In this document: positions 58,467 to 64,000 of the stretch, in pieces
Layout of the letters: each line of letters starts with the position of its first letter
Numbering within the stretch: the stretch's first letter is position 1
Assembly: GCF_040003245.1 (NCBI RefSeq)
Contig: NZ_JBDUCX010000002.1
Coordinates: 1,519-65,518, forward strand
Source of the DNA: Chthoniobacter sp.
GTDB lineage: Bacteria > Verrucomicrobiota > Verrucomicrobiia > Chthoniobacterales > Chthoniobacteraceae
Reading direction: 5' to 3'
DNA length: 64,000 nucleotides
Position numbers and translations under genes: made by a program
The notes under the pieces: generated by a model
What the model saw: the letters and a program-made list of their open reading frames with translations, nothing else
Told to the model about the DNA's origin: nothing
The model's database searches: none

Positions 58467-59073
58467 CGGCCGACGTGCCGACTTTCACCTTCTGGTAGAT
58501 CAACGGGGCAATATCCGCCGGCAAACGCACACAGCCGTGCGAGGCCGCATACCCGGGCAGGATGCCGACATGCATGCCCACACCGCCACTCGTCAGGCGG
58601 CAAAACCACTTCATCGAGGCGCCCACGTAGTGCGTGCCGCTCGGCGCCGAGTCAATCTGCGTGCTCACCCCCGAACGGACCGTGCGGCCACTGTGGTCCA
58701 CGAAATCGCCGTAGATGCTCGAGCGGTGGTTCGGATCTTTTTCCATCACGTGCCACGAGCCGGCGGGCGTCTCGTGCCCCCGCTTGCCCGAGGAGATCGG
58801 CGAATCGATGTAGATTTGGTCCCCCACCATCAAATAGACGCGCTGCTTGCTCAGCGAGACGATCACGTGGGAGTTGTCCGGGGTGATCACCGACTCCAGG
58901 CTCTTGTCGATCTTCGGGCCCGGCTGCCCGCGACGGATCAAGTCCGACGGCTTTTTCATCGGGGGGCCGGGATTTCGCGACCCGAAGAGTTGCGCCGACG
59001 CCTGTTGCTCGAAGACACCAAAAGTGCAAAAAAGGACGGCTAGGAGCGGTTTGAAGTAGCCAGCGAATCTCAT
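58453..59073 (-). CDS. L,D-transpeptidase (YkuD family)
   Basis: Signal peptide; VSLSKQR, SPISSGK, TPAG, GMHVG....ASHGCVRL. Confidence 0.88.
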   Translation of the reverse strand: MRFAGYFKPLLAVLFCTFGVFEQQASAQLFGSRNPGPPMKKPSDLIRRGQPGPKIDKSLESVITPDNSHVIVSLSKQRVYLMVGDQIYIDSPISSGKRGHETPAGSWHVMEKDPNHRSSIYGDFVDHSGRTVRSGVSTQIDSAPSGTHYVGASMKWFCRLTSGGVGMHVGILPGYAASHGCVRLPADIAPLIYQKVKVGTSAVIEQ

Positions 59074-59204
59074 GCGTCGGAAAAAGTTGCTGTTTCATAC
59101 GGAGCCTGCCGCGCGGCGGCAATCACATAAATCGCGCCCAGTTTGAAAGCCGTGGTGAAAAGTTTTGGACGTGAACGCCGGTTCACAGCAACGTTGTCGC
59201 CGTC

Positions 59205-61028
59205 GTGCCCCTAACCATCCCCCGCCTCTCTCTGATTTTCTACGTGCTTTGCCTTGGCCTCGGGGTTCCGGTTCATGCCGAACGCAAGCCGGCGGTCATC
59301 GTCGGGGCCGCCCCACCGCAGCCGGTCGAGTTGAACATCAAGGTTCGGCGCGAAGGCAAAACGGAAATCCCCCTGCGTATCTACGGCAAAGCCGGTGAGC
59401 CCTTGAAATATCTCATTCGCGTTCCTCCCGCGCATGGGCGCCTTTCCGATCCACGGGCCACGGAGCGTGAAGTTTCCGTCGTCGTCTACGAACCGCCGGC
59501 CGATCTCGGCATCACGACGGACAAGTTTTCCTTCGCCGTCCAGAGCGCCGTTGGGGTTTCCGCGGCGGTCGAGGTGGCGATGACCATCGTCGATCAACCT
59601 CCCCAGCTCGCCATCCAGGACGCCATCGATTTCTCCACCGTCCGCGCGGGGGCCAGCAATTTCCGCCTGCTGGAGATCAGCAATCATGGCGGCCTCATCG
59701 CCTCGGGCGATGTCATCGTGGACCCACCGTGGAAGATCGACGGCAAGGCCGGCTACCGCCTGCGCAACGGCGATGTGGCCGTGTTCAAGATCGTCTTTTC
59801 GCCCAGCGTCGGCGGAAAATTCGAGGGCGTGGCGCGCTTCACCTCCGAGCCGGAGCACAGCACCACCTTGCGCGGCGTCTCCGAATCGGCCATCACCGCG
59901 GAGCCCGCTCAATGGGTCTTGCAGCAGATTCCCGGCGATTCCACCCGCTCCGGCAACTTCGAGCTCACCAACCAGCTCGACGAACCGCGCACGCTCCGCC
60001 TGAAAACCGACGCGCGCCTCAAGATTCCCGCGCAGGTCACCATCCCGCCCCACGGCCGGGCCACGATCCCGGTCGAGGCTTCGTCCCAGGACGCGCAGGC
60101 GATGGACACGGAGATTCAGCTCGAGGCCAGTGATTTTTCCATCGCCATCCCGGTGCGTGTGCCCGTGCTTGCCGCCGTGTTTCGAGCGACCACCCCCCTC
60201 GTGTCGTTTGGACGCCTCGCCGCCGGACACCCCGCCAGTGCTCGCTTCCAGTTGGAAAACATCGGCGGGACGTCGGGCAAAGTGTCGTGGGAAATCATCC
60301 CGCCCTTCCGGGTGACGGAGAACTCGGCGACGATTCAGCCGGGCGATAAGAAGGAATTCCCCGTCGAGATCGAGAGCACGGTCCCCGGCCGATATCGCAC
60401 TTGGCTAAAACTCCGGGCCGGTGATCAATCGTTCGACATCCCCGTAGAGGCCGAAGTGGCCGGCGCCGCACGATCATCGACCCGCATGGCCGGCGTGCCT
60501 GGCAGCACGGCCACAGTCGACCTCAGCGCTTTGCCCGAGCCGCCGGAGGCCACTCCTGTCGTGGCCACTCCTCTCATCCCCTTCGATTGGGACATGGACC
60601 CCCGGGTGCCGAGTGGCGTGGAAGTCTCCCAAATCACCCCGACGAGTGCCATCGTCGAATGGCCGGCCGTCCTCTCTCCGGCAGCGCGTTTCCGCGTGGA
60701 CATGCGGCAACTCAAGGTCGATCCCGATGGCAGGATCGAGACCATCTGGCTCCAGCCCACCGGCATTCCCATTGAGGCTCGCGGGAAAAATTACGCCGCT
60801 ATCCTCACCGGTCTACAGCCCGGCGAGCCGTGGGCGGTCCGCATCATGACCCTGCCCCCCAGCGGCGAAGCAACCCGACTCTTCACCGTGACTTTTCAGA
60901 CTCCACCGAAAACGGCGCTGCTGGCGCAATTGCCCAGGCCCTCGCTCCTGCAATGCCTGCTGGTCGCCTTGCTCGGCCTCGCGGCCTGGCACGGCTGGCA
61001 GTGGTGGCGGCGGCGCCCAGTGATCTGA
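59205..61028 (+). CDS. Secreted or type I membrane protein with tandem Ig-like domains and an FN3-like domain
   Basis: Signal peptide; beta-sandwich segments (L.ISNHGG, F.LENIGG), ITPTSAIVEWP...GLQPGEPW; C-terminal TM plus RRR. Confidence 0.65.
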   Translation: MPLTIPRLSLIFYVLCLGLGVPVHAERKPAVIVGAAPPQPVELNIKVRREGKTEIPLRIYGKAGEPLKYLIRVPPAHGRLSDPRATEREVSVVVYEPPADLGITTDKFSFAVQSAVGVSAAVEVAMTIVDQPPQLAIQDAIDFSTVRAGASNFRLLEISNHGGLIASGDVIVDPPWKIDGKAGYRLRNGDVAVFKIVFSPSVGGKFEGVARFTSEPEHSTTLRGVSESAITAEPAQWVLQQIPGDSTRSGNFELTNQLDEPRTLRLKTDARLKIPAQVTIPPHGRATIPVEASSQDAQAMDTEIQLEASDFSIAIPVRVPVLAAVFRATTPLVSFGRLAAGHPASARFQLENIGGTSGKVSWEIIPPFRVTENSATIQPGDKKEFPVEIESTVPGRYRTWLKLRAGDQSFDIPVEAEVAGAARSSTRMAGVPGSTATVDLSALPEPPEATPVVATPLIPFDWDMDPRVPSGVEVSQITPTSAIVEWPAVLSPAARFRVDMRQLKVDPDGRIETIWLQPTGIPIEARGKNYAAILTGLQPGEPWAVRIMTLPPSGEATRLFTVTFQTPPKTALLAQLPRPSLLQCLLVALLGLAAWHGWQWWRRRPVI

Positions 61029-61077
61029 CTGCAAATCCCTCTCGACGCCGGCGAGTGCGTTGCAAGATTCTGACCCG

Positions 61078-62205
61078 ATGCAAGTCCCTCTTCTCGATCT
61101 CAAGCTCCAGTACGCTCCGCTCAAGGCCCAACTACTGAAGGAGATCGAAGCCGTCGCCGATTCCCAGGCCCTCCTGCTCGGGCCGCAGACCGAGAAGCTG
61201 GAAAAGGCGGTCGCCGCTTATTGCGGCGCGGGCCACGCCATCGGTGTCTCCTCAGGCACCGACGCCCAGCTCGTGCTCCTCATGGCGCTGGGGATCGCCC
61301 CGGGCGACAAGATCATCACCACCCCATACACTTTTTTCGCGACCGCCAGTTGCGTGGCGCGCCTCGGAGCGACCCCGATTTTCGTCGATATCGATCCCGT
61401 CACTTTCAATATCTCGGTCCCGGCCCTCGAAGCGGCCCTCGCCCGCACGCCCGACGCAAAAGCCATCATCCCGGTGCACCTCTATGGCCAGTGCGCCGAC
61501 ATGGCGGGCATCATGGCCTTGGGAAAAAAATACGGCGTCCCCGTGCTGGAGGACGCCGCCCAGGCGCTCGGCGCGCGGCATCCTCTCGGCGCGGCGGGGG
61601 CGATCGGCGAAGCGGGCTGGTTCTCTTTCTATCCGACTAAGAATCTCGGGGCCTTCGGCGATGCCGGCATGGTCGTGTGCCAGGACGCGGCGCTCGCGGC
61701 GAAAATCCGGGCGCTGCGCAATCACGGGATGGAAGTGCGCTATTTTCACAAGTGGATCGGCGGCAATTTCCGCATCGATGCCATCCAATCCGCCGTGCTC
61801 AACGTGAAGCTGCCGCATCTCGATGAATGGGGCGCCGGACGTCGCGCCCGCGCCGCCTTCTACCGCACCGCCTTCGCCGCCCATACCCTGCCGATCACGC
61901 TCCCTGCGGAAGTGTATGCCGATAGCGGAGTGGCGAATCACCACATCTACAACCAGTTCATCATCCGCGCGCCGCGGCGCGAAGACCTGCGCGCCCATCT
62001 CACGAAGGCCGGCATCGCCACGGAAATCTACTATCCGCTGTCGCTGCACATGCAGGAGTGCTTCGCGTATCTGGGCCATCGCGAAGGCGAATTCCCCGAG
62101 TCCGAACGCGCCGCCAAGGAAACCCTCGCCCTCCCCATCTTCCCCGAGCTCACCGAAGACCAGCAAGCCTACGTCGTCGCGCAGATCGCCGCCTTTTACC
62201 AGTAA
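61078..62205 (+). CDS. DegT/DnrJ/EryC1/StrS PLP-dependent aminotransferase
   Basis: VPLLDL, SSGTDA, VHLYGQ, EDAAQA, SFYPTKNLGAFGDAG, NFRIDAIQ. Confidence 0.92.
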   Translation: MQVPLLDLKLQYAPLKAQLLKEIEAVADSQALLLGPQTEKLEKAVAAYCGAGHAIGVSSGTDAQLVLLMALGIAPGDKIITTPYTFFATASCVARLGATPIFVDIDPVTFNISVPALEAALARTPDAKAIIPVHLYGQCADMAGIMALGKKYGVPVLEDAAQALGARHPLGAAGAIGEAGWFSFYPTKNLGAFGDAGMVVCQDAALAAKIRALRNHGMEVRYFHKWIGGNFRIDAIQSAVLNVKLPHLDEWGAGRRARAAFYRTAFAAHTLPITLPAEVYADSGVANHHIYNQFIIRAPRREDLRAHLTKAGIATEIYYPLSLHMQECFAYLGHREGEFPESERAAKETLALPIFPELTEDQQAYVVAQIAAFYQ

Positions 62206-62212
62206 GAGGTAA

Positions 62213-62311
62213 TTCGCGCCAAGGACGCCAGGCTCGCCAAGGACGCGAGCAAAGCGACCAGTTGAAAAGCCCCCTTTAGTTCCTTGGCGCCCTTAGCGTT
62301 CTTGGCGCGAA
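62213..62311. repeat. Imperfect palindrome of CGCCAAG units (REP-like)
   Basis: TTCGCGCCAAGGACGCCAGGCTCGCCAAGGA ... TCCTTGGCGCCCTTAGCGTTCTTGGCGCGAA, just after the aminotransferase stop. Confidence 0.8.
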
Positions 62312-62354
62312 ACCCAAACTCGACGGGCGGCGGCTAATTAACCATCCTGACGCC

Positions 62355-62900
62355 ATGCGTTCCTCCCTTGTTCTCCTGATCGCCCTCGCCGCGTTCATCA
62401 GCGGCCACGCGTCCGCTGCGGACAAAAAGCCCGTCGATCCTGCCTTGGTGCGCACCTTCACCGCGAAGCAATCGATCAAGCTCGGCGACGCCGTGGCCAG
62501 CTTCGTCATCGATCTCATCCACAAGGACACCGCCGGCGTGCAGCAGGCCTACGCGAAGCTCACCGCCGACACCGAAGCGGACGCGGGTGGGCGCTACGAG
62601 ACGCACCCCTTCGAGGGCATCCAGTGGTTCGTCGTCGAAGTCTCCTGGGACAATGCCGACAAATACAATACATCCGAGGAAGGCGAATACATCTACCTCG
62701 CCCGGCAGCAACTCGTCTCCGGCATCCATCGCGGCTATGGCGTGCCCACCAACGTCGTCGCCCAGGTCCGCGTCGTCACCTCCTTCGCCGGCAAAGCCGC
62801 CAAATCACTCAAGCCCGACCAAGTCGCCCCCGGCACGAAGATCACCCTCACCTTCGAGGGCTTCCTCGACAAGATTCCGCTGACCCTCCTGCACAACTGA
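62355..62900 (+). CDS. Secreted hypothetical protein
   Basis: 181 aa, clear signal peptide (ASA|AD), C/G-ending codons like neighbouring genes, no recognised domain. Confidence 0.7.
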   Translation: MRSSLVLLIALAAFISGHASAADKKPVDPALVRTFTAKQSIKLGDAVASFVIDLIHKDTAGVQQAYAKLTADTEADAGGRYETHPFEGIQWFVVEVSWDNADKYNTSEEGEYIYLARQQLVSGIHRGYGVPTNVVAQVRVVTSFAGKAAKSLKPDQVAPGTKITLTFEGFLDKIPLTLLHN

Positions 62901-63046
62901 TACCCCGTCCGCTCAAAGTAGGCTGGACCACCTTCGCGCCCATCGGCAAACCAGATGAAGTGTCCTATTTTGGAGATTGAGCCCACTCCCGACGGCTCGC
63001 TGGCGGGGCGTTAGCCCCCAAGCGGAAGCTTGGCGGTGAAGGTCTC

Positions 63047-63869
63047 AAAAAAATCTCGCACCTTAAATCGGCTTAAGAGGGCTTAAGGCACCTTAAATCC
63101 GCAGCCTTTTTTTGCCGAGAGGCTTCCGATCTGGCTCGAGCAGGCCCCGGGGCGACAACCGAAATACGAGAATCAGCGGCGGAAGTCGCCTGCCCCGTAT
63201 CCTGAATCTCCTGAGAATTTGGCAATCCCGTCTGCCGCCTTTAGACAGGATTAGCGGACTCAACAGGATTCCAAGATTACACCGTCCTTGGGATACGCCC
63301 TTTCTGTTGCCGAGCAGGCACATGAGAAAACTCGGGACCTTGAGAATGCTTGATTTACCTTGATTCGGCTTGATTCCCGCGACCGCTGCCACCCCTTTGA
63401 GGTGCGCCGTTTCGGCATCATTTCCGATGGCGTCGCTTCGCTCAACCACCGGTTATGGGGCGCGGGGATGCCTCCCGCATGAAATTTGGGGATTCATACC
63501 GCCCTTTTGTAGTCAACCTGACGGAACCACGTGACCCTGGTCTCCGAAGAGGAATCAATCAGGAACCGGGCGAACCACCTCCGCCCGCCTCCGGGATTTG
63601 ACCCATCGCACCCTGAGCGTTTATGCCTCGCGCCTCCGCCCACGGCATTATCTGCGGTTGGCCCAGCCTCGGCTTCTACTTCCTGCTTTCCTGCTTTCCT
63701 GATTCCTAAATAGCAGACGGAAAGTGGACGGCCCGGCGGTGGTGGGCGTGGTGGAAAATCCTCGGAGTTCATGCGGGCAAGTGTGGCATAACCCGGCGGA
63801 AAATGTGCATCGCTCCATGGGTTCCATTGGCTCCATTGCGGAAAATCCACTCGGCGCCCCTCAAAATGG
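63047..63869 (-). repeat. Modular non-coding element, copy B (inverted, with two insertions relative to copy A)
   Basis: Reverse complement aligns block by block with 51711-52220; extra segments at about 63100-63335 and 63480-63625. Confidence 0.88.
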
Positions 63870-63884
63870 GCCATCCACCGCGTC

Positions 63885-64000
63885 GGGGCACCGCTTAAAG
63901 ACCGCCGAAGCGTTGGTGCGGACGGGACTGGCGGAAACCGGGCTCGCCGAAGAGGACCTGGCCGGGTTGCCCGGCAGCGATCCTCGCAAGGTCCGCATCG
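63885..64000 (+). mobile_element. Probable C-terminal fragment of an IS200-like/RAYT tyrosine transposase, truncated by the window end
   Basis: Open frame GHRLKTAEALVRTGLAETGLAEEDLAGLPGSDPRKVRI resembles from memory the ..DL....K(G/S)DPRKV.IA tail of such transposases; no start codon seen, only about 38 aa visible. Confidence 0.45.

Noticed and set aside
52221-63046. Composite transposon carrying the 11 kb between the inverted copies
   Set aside because: The cargo is housekeeping (nadD, rsfS, cinA, nagZ), the copies are diverged and differ by insertions, and no IS ends or target duplication were seen

Overview
GC-rich bacterial window, probably Verrucomicrobiota (Chthoniobacter-like; inferred from gene content and repeat style, not verified). 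Layout: (1) 1-8145, a complete minus-strand alternative complex III operon actABCDEF plus a partial downstream membrane protein; (2) 8.2-11.7 kb, an accessory islet with a pentapeptide-repeat/TIR protein, two antitoxin-like genes lacking toxins, a mini-Wzz-like ORF, and a near-consensus sigma70 promoter followed by about 830 bp of hairpin- and repeat-rich DNA with no convincing gene; (3) 13.3-50.8 kb, a roughly 37 kb surface-glycan locus in two divergent arms. The left arm has a 1094-aa secreted Cys-free Ala/Thr/Ser/Gly-rich protein, an O-antigen ligase/OTase, a DPM1-like GT2-methyltransferase, GT-C-like membrane proteins, Wzm/Wzt, an acyltransferase, a GT9-deacetylase fusion and a GNAT. The right arm has an OM beta-barrel, OPX, Wzc, Wzy-like protein, GT2/GT4s and a priming transferase; (4) 51-64 kb, housekeeping genes (nagZ, nadD, rsfS, sulfatase, cinA, L,D-transpeptidase, DegT aminotransferase) bracketed by two diverged inverted copies of a modular non-coding element containing 10-bp-period microarrays, the right copy abutting a probable transposase fragment at the window edge. 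The best candidates for something undescribed are the surface-protein plus glycosylation locus, the modular 10-bp-periodic repeat family, and the TIR islet. All assignments come from motif reading by eye; no database searches were run. No rRNA, tRNA or CRISPR array was seen.
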